DNA of 64,000 nucleotides from IMG/VR virus record IMGVR_UViG_3300032030_000019. One strand, written 5' to 3'. The DNA is from a virus. Lineage: Duplodnaviria; Heunggongvirae; Uroviricota; Caudoviricetes. The notes under the pieces are model-generated. The model saw only the letters and a program-made list of their open reading frames with translations. It had not been told where the DNA came from and did not search any database. Positions 54,631-63,033 of this stretch are shown piece after piece. Within the stretch, counting starts at the first letter, position 1; the number at the start of each line of letters is the position of its first letter. A program made the translations under genes and the position numbers.

Positions 54631-57600
54631 TTGTTTGTTTCCTCCATTTCTCGTTTCTGAATAGCTTCTTTAACTTCACGAATTTGAGCATCCACTCTTG
54701 CAAGCTCCTCATCCCGACATTTAGGACAAAATTTTTGTTCACCATCCAAATATCCATGTTTGGGGCAAATAGAGAACGTTGGTGAAATCGTTAAGTATGG
54801 AAGTCTGTAATTAGTAAAAATTGTTTTTATAAGTTCAGCACACGCTTTCCAGTTGTGTATCCGTTCGCCTAAGTACGCATGAAACACAGTTCCACCTGTG
54901 TACTTTACTTGAAATTGATCTTGGATATCAAGAGCCTCGAAAATATCATCAGTAAAAGTAGCAGGTAACCAAGTGCTATTGGTATAATACGGATCTCCAT
55001 TATCATTTGCTGTGATAATATCGGGGTAGTTTTTCTTGTCATGTAAAGCAAATCGATACCCAGTACCTTCAGCAGGGGTTGCCTCTAGATTAAACAATAA
55101 ACCAGTCTCTTCTTGAAAATCAGATAACCTTGAATTAATGTAATCCATTAGTTCGTTTGTAAAGGCTTGCCCCCATTCATCAGTAATATCATGCTCGTCA
55201 TTAGTGAAGTTTCGTATACATTCATTGCATCCATTGATACCTATTGTATTAAAGAAGGTGTCATAAGACTGAACATAAACTTTACTGTACGGATAGAATT
55301 GTCCTTCAAGTAACTCTTCAATGGTCTTCCGCTTGATTACTAGAGACTCTTTGGCCATAACCAAGAGACAATCAAGCTCTTTATAGAACCCCTCTTTATC
55401 TCCCTTGAACCTATAGCCAAGTTGTGGTAAATTAATTGTAACAACACCAGTAGAACCAGTTTTTTCAGCAGCTCCAAACAGACCACCACCTCGCTTCATT
55501 AACTCTCTTTTATCGAGTCTGAGTCGGCAGCAATTATGTGTCAAGATATTATTAGCATAGAATGTATGTCCTAACGACTCACTTTGATTATAATCGTCGG
55601 GAGAGTCAACTTCAAGATCATAAACTAATCCATCATAATCAATCAGCTCGATAGATACTATTTCATCTCTATAATTGATGTAACCACGATATGAATCGTC
55701 ATTATTGCTTGGATCGAATACCAAAAGATTGTATCCTGCATTACGAATAACCTGATTCCAAGGCTTCTTTACGTATGGGGAATCCTCAATCTCATCATTA
55801 TAGTAACAATGTGTATCTCCTGAAAAATTAGTCTCTAATTCTATTACTAAATTCTTTGAGGGGATATAGAAATCCGCGATCCCAGTAAAGTTGCCATTAG
55901 AATCATTAATAACAAACTGATGCTTATACTCAAGCCCCAATGCGTCCAACTCTTTTCTGAATTTAAATTCCCAGTCAGAAGCTATGGTTGTGTGCCCATT
56001 AGTTTCTTGAACATGATCCCAATAGCCTTGTGAATGGATTGGGTTATTGGCTTTCCATCGTTCACTAGACGCTTTTCGACATTTTTCGCTAACTGGATGC
56101 CCCATACTAGTTTGTGATATTTTTTTCATGCGTTCACGGTTTTGTTCATCGGTCATGGTACGCATAGGATTGCTATTTCCTTGCCATCTACCAAGTCTTT
56201 TATTTCTATCGGAACACTTTTGTCGATAAAGTTTACCTTTTTCTTCACCGAAACGCTCTTCACATGTTTTACCACGATTCTTGTTATTCCACAACTGAAT
56301 AGTATTTTTCTCATATCTAACAGAGAATTTATCGCCAACTTTTAAGTCTTTTGCTTGACGAATGATCAATGATTTATCATTCTTATTTCTTTCTGCATAG
56401 ATTAAGTGCGGATGATCTGGTGTTGTAATGAGAATTTTACCAGATTGAGTTGTAAACTTGTACATCTTTCCAGAATACTTGATAACTATTTTCCTCTTGA
56501 TCGGATAGTATCCCCAACGTGTGAGAACTTTAATTTCATTCTCATCATAGTTATCGAATATATTCTTAATAGAGTCCTCTTCCCACTTACCATCTGGATT
56601 CAGAATTCTGATAACGGTATCAGGCATTATACACATGCTTCTTATATCACTTGGGCTTAGATCAGAATTGATGAAGTTCTGGAAATAAGGCATACCATAT
56701 TTACATGTTATTTCAAATAGCTTCTTGGCATTTGATGATTCCCAATCGAAATCCTTAGTTATGGAGTAAGTACAGATTGGGTAACTGTACAATCTGCCAT
56801 CTGCATCGCCCTTCTCGAACAAATCAAGAAGAACTTCATTAAACATATCCATCTCTTTCTGACAATCTTTATACTTGAAATCTACTTGTTTTCCACCGAC
56901 CCAACAATATGTTTCTGCTAAATCATTAGGAACAATCCAATCTAGAGTAAAGTTACTGAAGGGTGCTTGACTATTCGCCGATATAAATTCATGTCCATTA
57001 ATGTCTTGAAAGAATACTACGCCATTATCTGTTGTAGGGCACCAAACTTCTCCGTCATAAGGTATTTTCTCGACCTCAACTGGAATATTTATACGCTCAA
57101 TAGATTCAAATTTCGAGGTTAAACCAAACCCCTCATCTACGCTTAATGGAACAGTAAAATTAGCCTCTTCATCTAAGAACTCATATGCTCTGTGAATTTC
57201 TCCGTTACCAGTATATACCCGATGCTCATATGATACTATTTGCTCATAATTACAGTCTTTGTTATATAATTTAATCAAGAACTCTTTATCATTAAGCTTC
57301 CGAGTTATTTTCTTAACTGAGTTAAATTCAACTTTACGAGTCTTAGGATTTACCGTATATACCACATCTCCGATCTTAACTTCAGAACACTGTTTCCAAC
57401 CATCCTGTGTTAAGAGTCTTGTTGAGATCGGTACACACCCCCATCTACTACTACAATTGAGACCAAACAAAAGCGACTGAACACATTGATAAACCTCTTT
57501 GCGAGAAAGGTTATCTATTTTTATAAAAGGAGCCACATAAGTATCAACACTAGAATACGCCATGGCTCCAGAATTTTCGTTTTGTAGTAGGCCATTGTAG

Positions 57601-58199
57601 TTAACTAGCTGATTGAAGAGTGTGCTTAAATGCTTAGCTGGTTTTGATGTTATTTTGCCGGGCACACCACCAATACCTTCCCTGATTAAATCTAGGAAAT
57701 TATGTCCAACGCAATAACATGCCAACATACTTAAGTCATGTATATGAAACTTGCAAGCTCGATGTGCATCGCCTATCTCTTTGGGATATATCTTATTCAA
57801 CCAGTAGTTAGCCGTAACAGCCCCACTATTATTGAGAATCATCCCACCAAGTGAGAAACCCACAGACGCATTCTCCTTAACACGCCAATCACTTTCGTCT
57901 AGATATTTGTCAACCAAGTCTATCGGACGTATGCTACGTAACTGCTCACGATTATACCGATATTTGATGTATGCACGAGCGACGTTAGGATTGTACTTCA
58001 TCAGAACTTCTTCTATCATATCCTGAATCTGTTCTACGTTCATTTTGTCTACGAGCCTATCCTCTAATTCATGAAAAACAAAGTTTCCCATCTCAGGCTC
58101 ATTTGTTGCATGGCAGGCTTTATCGACGGCATCTTGTATTTTCAGACGGCTAAATTCGACTTCTCTACCATCACGTTTAATAACTGTTTTTAATTCCAT
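54621..58199 (-). CDS. nrdD: anaerobic (class III) ribonucleoside-triphosphate reductase NrdD precursor interrupted by two inteins
   Basis: N-terminal ATP cone; NrdD blocks (YSSVDTYVAPF, SQAPFSNFT, CCRLRLD...GGGLFG) and a C-terminal Zn ribbon; exteins total about 670 aa. Confidence 0.9.
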   Translation of the reverse strand: MELKTVIKRDGREVEFSRLKIQDAVDKACHATNEPEMGNFVFHELEDRLVDKMNVEQIQDMIEEVLMKYNPNVARAYIKYRYNREQLRSIRPIDLVDKYLDESDWRVKENASVGFSLGGMILNNSGAVTANYWLNKIYPKEIGDAHRACKFHIHDLSMLACYCVGHNFLDLIREGIGGVPGKITSKPAKHLSTLFNQLVNYNGLLQNENSGAMAYSSVDTYVAPFIKIDNLSRKEVYQCVQSLLFGLNCSSRWGCVPISTRLLTQDGWKQCSEVKIGDVVYTVNPKTRKVEFNSVKKITRKLNDKEFLIKLYNKDCNYEQIVSYEHRVYTGNGEIHRAYEFLDEEANFTVPLSVDEGFGLTSKFESIERINIPVEVEKIPYDGEVWCPTTDNGVVFFQDINGHEFISANSQAPFSNFTLDWIVPNDLAETYCWVGGKQVDFKYKDCQKEMDMFNEVLLDLFEKGDADGRLYSYPICTYSITKDFDWESSNAKKLFEITCKYGMPYFQNFINSDLSPSDIRSMCIMPDTVIRILNPDGKWEEDSIKNIFDNYDENEIKVLTRWGYYPIKRKIVIKYSGKMYKFTTQSGKILITTPDHPHLIYAERNKNDKSLIIRQAKDLKVGDKFSVRYEKNTIQLWNNKNRGKTCEERFGEEKGKLYRQKCSDRNKRLGRWQGNSNPMRTMTDEQNRERMKKISQTSMGHPVSEKCRKASSERWKANNPIHSQGYWDHVQETNGHTTIASDWEFKFRKELDALGLEYKHQFVINDSNGNFTGIADFYIPSKNLVIELETNFSGDTHCYYNDEIEDSPYVKKPWNQVIRNAGYNLLVFDPSNNDDSYRGYINYRDEIVSIELIDYDGLVYDLEVDSPDDYNQSESLGHTFYANNILTHNCCRLRLDKRELMKRGGGLFGAAEKTGSTGVVTINLPQLGYRFKGDKEGFYKELDCLLVMAKESLVIKRKTIEELLEGQFYPYSKVYVQSYDTFFNTIGINGCNECIRNFTNDEHDITDEWGQAFTNELMDYINSRLSDFQEETGLLFNLEATPAEGTGYRFALHDKKNYPDIITANDNGDPYYTNSTWLPATFTDDIFEALDIQDQFQVKYTGGTVFHAYLGERIHNWKACAELIKTIFTNYRLPYLTISPTFSICPKHGYLDGEQKFCPKCRDEELARVDAQIREVKEAIQKREMEETNKCE
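55533..56633 (-). mobile_element. intein 2 (367 aa) in NrdD with embedded Vsr/DUF559-like (PD-(D/E)xK) endonuclease
   Basis: starts CIMPDTVIRIL, block B TTPDHPHL, ends VYDLEV...GHTFYANNILTHN followed by Cys +1 at the CCRLRL active-site region; internal WEFKFRKELDALGLEY...GIADFYIPSKNLVIELE resembles DUF559. Confidence 0.75.
56973..57437 (-). mobile_element. mini-intein 1 (155 aa) in NrdD
   Basis: starts CVPISTRLLT (block A), TxxH-like block B (SYEHRVYT), ends YDGEVW...NGHEFISAN followed by Ser +1; parallels the end of intein 2. Confidence 0.65.
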
Positions 58200-58230
58200 A
58201 ACAAATCTCTATTATTCACAAAGTATAGTC

Positions 58231-58623
58231 TTACGCCAGCACAAACGTAATTGCATACGTTTTACCCAAGAAGAACGTAGGCGTTTGCGCATCACGTGAG
58301 GTAACAAGATTTGCACAAACGTATGAGCAACCATCTGTACTTTCTAAATCCATGAACGAATATACGAATCCGTTTTGGTCACCCACGTTTGCTTCAACGA
58401 GTTTGCCATGCACGTAAATTGCATCTGACGTTGGCGCCACACATGTCTCGTCGTCCTCGCCTTCAATGGCACACGTGAACTGTTGACCTAAGTATAAGTC
58501 AAAGTCAGGTATAGATGTTTGTAGGCTGAATGTATCGTGTGGGTTTGAGTTACTTGTGAGTGTCAGACTTACGTTATTATCTGACATAGACATATTAGTT
58601 AATGTTAAATACGAAAAATTCAT
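58231..58623 (-). CDS. hypothetical protein (130 aa)
   Basis: ORF. Confidence 0.4.
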   Translation of the reverse strand: MNFSYLTLTNMSMSDNNVSLTLTSNSNPHDTFSLQTSIPDFDLYLGQQFTCAIEGEDDETCVAPTSDAIYVHGKLVEANVGDQNGFVYSFMDLESTDGCSYVCANLVTSRDAQTPTFFLGKTYAITFVLA

Positions 58624-58632
58624 ATATGCTCC

Positions 58633-59307
58633 TTATTTATCCTCGAGAATTTCTTTTAATGTTCGTTCTTTTACTAAATCTAGTCTACCTGTCATAACAA
58701 TAGAGTTAGACCAGTACATATAAGATTCGTAATACGGTGTCTTTACGCCAATTTGAGACAATAGTTTGCTTACGTATTGTGCTGATGAGGCAATTTCAAC
58801 TTTCTTATAGTCTACTTTGTCAACTTCAGCATAGATTTTATCATTAATAGCCTCTACCGTCTTCGTTTCATGTCCCTTATAGAAATACATGATAACCTGT
58901 ATCACGAACGGTACACCCCAATTCAAATGTTTCATACCCAATGGCAGATGAGCTAAAGCACGTTTCATATATTCTGTCTTATACAACGCTAATTCAGGAT
59001 AATATGGTTTAATACCTGTGCTTACTTGATCCTTACGTGGGGGAAACATTGCGTTCAAACGTGCCAGCCCTGTAAGGTTACGTCCGAAAATGGGTTCACC
59101 TGTTGATCGGTCAAGTACCTTAAGCTCAATAACGTCAGCCTCATATTTACTTACGTCCAATGTGTTCATGGGCTCAAGCAGGGTGACGTATGATGGCACT
59201 ACAGCAACGTATTTCTTTGTAGCTTTGCCTAAGAATATCTTGAGGTTGTCCATGATATTCAAGCCATCGTATTGGTATTCATAAAAATCGATATCTTTGT
59301 TTTCCAC
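58633..59307 (-). CDS. hypothetical protein (224 aa), GTG start
   Basis: AAGGAG SD 6 nt upstream of GTG. Confidence 0.45.
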   Translation of the reverse strand: MENKDIDFYEYQYDGLNIMDNLKIFLGKATKKYVAVVPSYVTLLEPMNTLDVSKYEADVIELKVLDRSTGEPIFGRNLTGLARLNAMFPPRKDQVSTGIKPYYPELALYKTEYMKRALAHLPLGMKHLNWGVPFVIQVIMYFYKGHETKTVEAINDKIYAEVDKVDYKKVEIASSAQYVSKLLSQIGVKTPYYESYMYWSNSIVMTGRLDLVKERTLKEILEDK

Positions 59308-59317
59308 TAGTTACTCC

Positions 59318-59491
59318 TTAATAGACCGCATTAAACTCGTCAGATACACCTTCCTTGGATGACTTACGAGTTTTTGGAGGTCTTTCGTTTGCTTCTACGG
59401 GGATAGTCTCAACAGACTCATCCTCGTATTTTACATTGATCGTTATCTGTTTTATATCTCTTTCAGATTCTGCCTCAATCTTAAACTTCAT
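59318..59491 (-). CDS. small protein (57 aa, below the track cutoff)
   Basis: manual translation MKFKIEAESERDIKQITINVKYEDESVETIPVEANERPPKTRKSSKEGVSDEFNAVY; AGGAGG SD 6 nt upstream. Confidence 0.3.
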   Translation of the reverse strand: MKFKIEAESERDIKQITINVKYEDESVETIPVEANERPPKTRKSSKEGVSDEFNAVY

Positions 59492-59524
59492 TTGCATCCT
59501 CCTGCGAGAGGGAGTAGGAAGAAT

Positions 59525-60145
59525 TTAAAGAATAAGGCTGTCAGGCCCAAGAACAAGGTCACTCCTAGTCCGATTGCTACTCCAACTATCTTTTTTGTCA
59601 TTTAGGTCTCCTTCTACCCTGTACCATGGTCTTGACGCGATCATGTCAGCGTAATGTAAAATTACTATTTCCTCAGGCAATACATCAGCATTTGTGTCGA
59701 ATTCAGGATTATCAAAGCGCCCCATATGCGACTTAACAATCTCAGAAATAAAATTAACATCACATTTTAAGGTGCTGTCTTTGATTGTAGTTGCGACAAA
59801 AGACAATTCATCAGCCGCGCGTTTAGCATGATCTTTTACAGTCCACTTTGATGATGTGCTGTACTTCCACATATCATGTAGAATAGCTGCCGCGTAGAGA
59901 CAATCCCAATTCAATGATGGTCTAGCCTCTTGAATCGCCGTTAATATCTGTATCACTGCTTTTGTATGCCTCACCAATCCCCCATACCCCAACGCAAACG
60001 GAGGATGGTGTTTTCCTGTACTTGATGCTGGTTTCTCAAAATTGATAGGATTAACATAGTGATCAAGTACAGAGATAATTACGTCTCGAAGTTCTGATTT
60101 CTCAATCCTCTCGAGATCGTCCTTGAAAACTTCTGATCCTCTCAC
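59525..60145 (-). CDS. HD-domain phosphohydrolase
   Basis: KHHP ... H..AV ... AAILHDMWK (H...HD motif). Confidence 0.6.
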   Translation of the reverse strand: MRGSEVFKDDLERIEKSELRDVIISVLDHYVNPINFEKPASSTGKHHPPFALGYGGLVRHTKAVIQILTAIQEARPSLNWDCLYAAAILHDMWKYSTSSKWTVKDHAKRAADELSFVATTIKDSTLKCDVNFISEIVKSHMGRFDNPEFDTNADVLPEEIVILHYADMIASRPWYRVEGDLNDKKDSWSSNRTRSDLVLGPDSLIL

Positions 60146-60975
60146 AAAAGCTCCTTCTGGTGCAAGAAATTCACCATTTCCTTTGGTTTTATCGTGGAGA
60201 AGAGATAATTAGCGATCGTAGAGGGTAATTTATCATGTTTTTCTCGTGTAAATAGTGTTTTAAGCCACTTTTTAACGTTTCTTACCCACTTGACGATATT
60301 TTTTGCCCACTTAACGAAAAATAATGACTTTTTTGCATCGTTTTTCAAATCTTGTGCTTTTTCATCACTTTTTTTAGTTTTTTCGTCAATTTTTTGTGTT
60401 TTTTCCTGATTTTTTGGGATAATTTTGACTTTTTTCAGTTTTTTAGGACAATTTTTCATAACATATCCTAAAATATACGCGTTCCCAGGCTGATTGAGGT
60501 CTACTACAAGATAGTCATCCTGTTTCTTTAAGTAGTCATCAAAAAATGAGTACGTGTGCTGATTTAAAGTCTTTAAGATCGCCTTAATACCTTCTTTCTT
60601 ATTCCAGAAATGTCCGATGAAATCAAAATAGATAAATGAGAATGGGGCGATTTGGTTGTTCTTATCGTCCCATCCGTAAGTAAATTTATGGTGGTAACCT
60701 AACCAAAAGTAAAAATCTTCTTCAGGGACGCCCTTGCGATACACAATACTATTATCTGAAAGAAGATAACCTGCTGAAGACGCTTTCAATAAGTATTTCG
60801 CTTCTTTTTTTGATGGTTTAGTCAAAAAATTAGCGTATTCAGCATAAATCGAGCAAATATTGTGATACTTTTCGTGAACGGCGACTAAATGTCTTGGAAT
60901 CATTGCCGATAATAAATAGTACTTATACATGTGCTCTTCCTTTGGTAAATCCTTGTAAGTTACCGTCACGCCCAT
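60142..60975 (-). CDS. hypothetical protein with Lys-rich low-complexity C-terminus
   Basis: ORF; the K-rich segment (KIDEKTKKSDEKAQDLKNDAKK) is encoded by T-rich repetitive DNA at 60290-60450. Confidence 0.45.
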   Translation of the reverse strand: MGVTVTYKDLPKEEHMYKYYLLSAMIPRHLVAVHEKYHNICSIYAEYANFLTKPSKKEAKYLLKASSAGYLLSDNSIVYRKGVPEEDFYFWLGYHHKFTYGWDDKNNQIAPFSFIYFDFIGHFWNKKEGIKAILKTLNQHTYSFFDDYLKKQDDYLVVDLNQPGNAYILGYVMKNCPKKLKKVKIIPKNQEKTQKIDEKTKKSDEKAQDLKNDAKKSLFFVKWAKNIVKWVRNVKKWLKTLFTREKHDKLPSTIANYLFSTIKPKEMVNFLHQKELL

Positions 60976-60978
60976 ATT

Positions 60979-61227
60979 TTACTCCAATTCACCCTTGAAA
61001 TAAGCGATGATCTCTCCGTCACTAACAAAACGCTTAACTTCTTCGTTGTTGTCATCTAAAATGATTAAAGTAGGTGCTGCCTTTACTTTGTGATCAATGG
61101 CGAACTCTCTACCGTCATCTTCTGATGCATTTAGGATTTTAAGATCATTCACAGGGTTTTCATTCAAATACTTCTCTACTTCCTTGCATTTTCTACAAGT
61201 TTTGGATTTTATCAACACTTTTTGCAT
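60979..61227 (-). CDS. glutaredoxin/thioredoxin-like protein (NrdH-like redoxin)
   Basis: CRKC CxxC motif near the N-terminus of an 82-aa protein; sits near the RNR genes. Confidence 0.55.
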   Translation of the reverse strand: MQKVLIKSKTCRKCKEVEKYLNENPVNDLKILNASEDDGREFAIDHKVKAAPTLIILDDNNEEVKRFVSDGEIIAYFKGELE

Positions 61228-61363
61228 ATTCTATCCTCTTGTGGCATAATTAGCAACGACCATCGTCGCCCACTCCACCTGCACCCCATATAGGGCAAGT
61301 CATCTGAATTTTTCTCATATCCGTTACAAAACTCACGTATGGATTATTCATTTTCGACTCCTT

Positions 61364-61951
61364 TTACATCCATTCACATGGCCAGCTCACGAGTTCGTTT
61401 ATTTTATAACTAGAAGCGTAAATTTTTTCCATAGTTCGATCTAACTCTTCTATGCTCTTTCCACGGTTTCTACGTCCATAATTAAACAGAATATACTCAT
61501 CCTGACCTTTGAATTTATATACACAATCGTAGTGCCAAAAAGCAGGTTTCGCACTCAGTTCAGCATAACCACGAGTTTTACAGTACTCCAAGTCTTTTCC
61601 ATACATTGATTTAAGTTTCTGACAGATATAATGGCCTACATCATCACAGTCACCGAAATCAGTAAAAAACTCGATAGGGAAGTTATTATGATCAAATAAA
61701 CCCTTAGGGCCATCCCATTTGTACTGATAAACATTCTTGATGTATTCAGCTAACTCATTGTCATCGATCACTGAATTCCATCTCTCTACGTTGCCCTTGT
61801 ATCGTACGTAAGCCTGTTTATCCTTACGTATCAGCAACATGTATCTAACGTGTACAAAGAAACCGAATACGTTCGCCCAAATTACACGTAACCCATGATG
61901 CATATACCACATAAAGCCCTTTCTGATTGCTTTTATAAATTTATTTTGCAT
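61364..61951 (-). CDS. hypothetical protein (195 aa)
   Basis: ORF. Confidence 0.45.
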   Translation of the reverse strand: MQNKFIKAIRKGFMWYMHHGLRVIWANVFGFFVHVRYMLLIRKDKQAYVRYKGNVERWNSVIDDNELAEYIKNVYQYKWDGPKGLFDHNNFPIEFFTDFGDCDDVGHYICQKLKSMYGKDLEYCKTRGYAELSAKPAFWHYDCVYKFKGQDEYILFNYGRRNRGKSIEELDRTMEKIYASSYKINELVSWPCEWM

Positions 61952-61954
61952 CTA

Positions 61955-62479
61955 TCAATCCTCTTTCTTTTTCCGTTTACGTTTTTCGACTACGTAATGA
62001 TTAAGGAACATGGCATTGCAAAGAACGTGTGCGATATGTGGAAGACCTGATTCATCATCAAGTCCGTCAGGGTCATCCATGTACCGACACAAATGTCTTA
62101 ATAATGCGCCGATGTATCTGTCTGCGCTTACGCGTGTCCACGTCCAATCACCGTATTTTTCAGCACCTGACGTAAGCACGTCTCCAAGCGACTCATATAA
62201 AGACGTAGGTATAAGTTCCAAACGTCTCTTTCCTGCGTCTGTTTTCACACGTTGATCACGTTTGTTATTCGTATGTCCTTCTTCATGTACGATGTAATTT
62301 TCCGGAGGATTTTCAACCGGATTCTTTAGTTTTTCAAGCCCTTTCCACCACTCACCAACCTTCACTCCCAGTTCATCAGCGGCCCCCTCTATTTTGTCTT
62401 TTGCGTTTTTCAGAACCTCGCCGGTGAACTTAGGAATGTAGTTGGCAGGATTAAGGGTAGAGGTAGTTGTTTGTTCCAC
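61955..62479 (-). CDS. MazG-like / DUF550-type nucleotide pyrophosphohydrolase
   Basis: LELIPTSLYESLGDVLTSGAEKYGDWTW...RYIGALLRHLCRYM..DESGLPHIAHV resembles all-alpha NTP pyrophosphatases in phage dATP/dGTP pyrophosphohydrolase modules. Confidence 0.45.
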   Translation of the reverse strand: MEQTTTSTLNPANYIPKFTGEVLKNAKDKIEGAADELGVKVGEWWKGLEKLKNPVENPPENYIVHEEGHTNNKRDQRVKTDAGKRRLELIPTSLYESLGDVLTSGAEKYGDWTWTRVSADRYIGALLRHLCRYMDDPDGLDDESGLPHIAHVLCNAMFLNHYVVEKRKRKKKED

Positions 62480-62489
62480 ACCTTACTCC

Positions 62490-62705
62490 TTACGATTTCT
62501 TAGACTTTACGATGCCGAACATCATACCACCAAACAGGCATGAAATTACAACAAAAACAATATTAAATACCCATAAAGCATGAGCACTTCCCAATTTAGC
62601 TGTGGCATCGGCAATTGTAGCGCCAACCAATATCAGCGTATTCAGGATCTCTACGCCCAACGTAATTATTAACGTGAGCGGATGTTGAAAGAATTTTTTA
62701 AGCAT
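62490..62705 (-). CDS. small two-TM membrane protein (71 aa)
   Basis: two hydrophobic helices. Confidence 0.4.
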   Translation of the reverse strand: MLKKFFQHPLTLIITLGVEILNTLILVGATIADATAKLGSAHALWVFNIVFVVISCLFGGMMFGIVKSKKS

Positions 62706-62708
62706 ATG

Positions 62709-62996
62709 TTACTCCTCGATAATTCCCAAGATTTCTTTTGCCTCGATGATCCAGTATTTCTCACCCGTCTCATCTTCATATTCCTCGAAAGCTACATTTT
62801 TGTTGTAGTAGATCTTTGAGCCGACTTTTATAGCACTGAATTTATCTTCAATGCCAATGCCCACCGCCGTTACCTCAGCCTCGACAAGTGGTTTATAAGG
62901 TTTCTTAGATAAAACAAACCCTGAAGCTGTCTTATCATCCTCATCTTTCTCAATCGGCTGTTTTACCAATACTCTGTTTCCAAGTGGTTTTAACAT
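62709..62996 (-). CDS. groES: co-chaperonin GroES (T4 gp31-like function)
   Basis: MLKPLGNRVLVKQ...TASGFVL...VTAVG.G...IKVGSKIYY matches GroES block by block. Confidence 0.8.
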   Translation of the reverse strand: MLKPLGNRVLVKQPIEKDEDDKTASGFVLSKKPYKPLVEAEVTAVGIGIEDKFSAIKVGSKIYYNKNVAFEEYEDETGEKYWIIEAKEILGIIEE

Positions 62997-63033
62997 TCGT
63001 TACTCCTTATTCTGTACGTATTTACGAAATTCT

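Noticed and set aside
54615-54665. Programmed -1 ribosomal frameshift joining nrdD to its glycyl-radical ORF
   Set aside because: The overlap contains no XXXYYYZ slippery heptamer, and the -1 frame is open only 13 codons upstream. I keep this as a split gene or possible indel rather than asserting recoding.
58633-59307. Thymidylate synthase (GVPF... resembles ThyA LGVPFN)
   Set aside because: The ThyA catalytic PPCH/QFYV and QRSxD motifs are absent, the ThyX RHR motif is absent, and the protein is too short. It is left as hypothetical.
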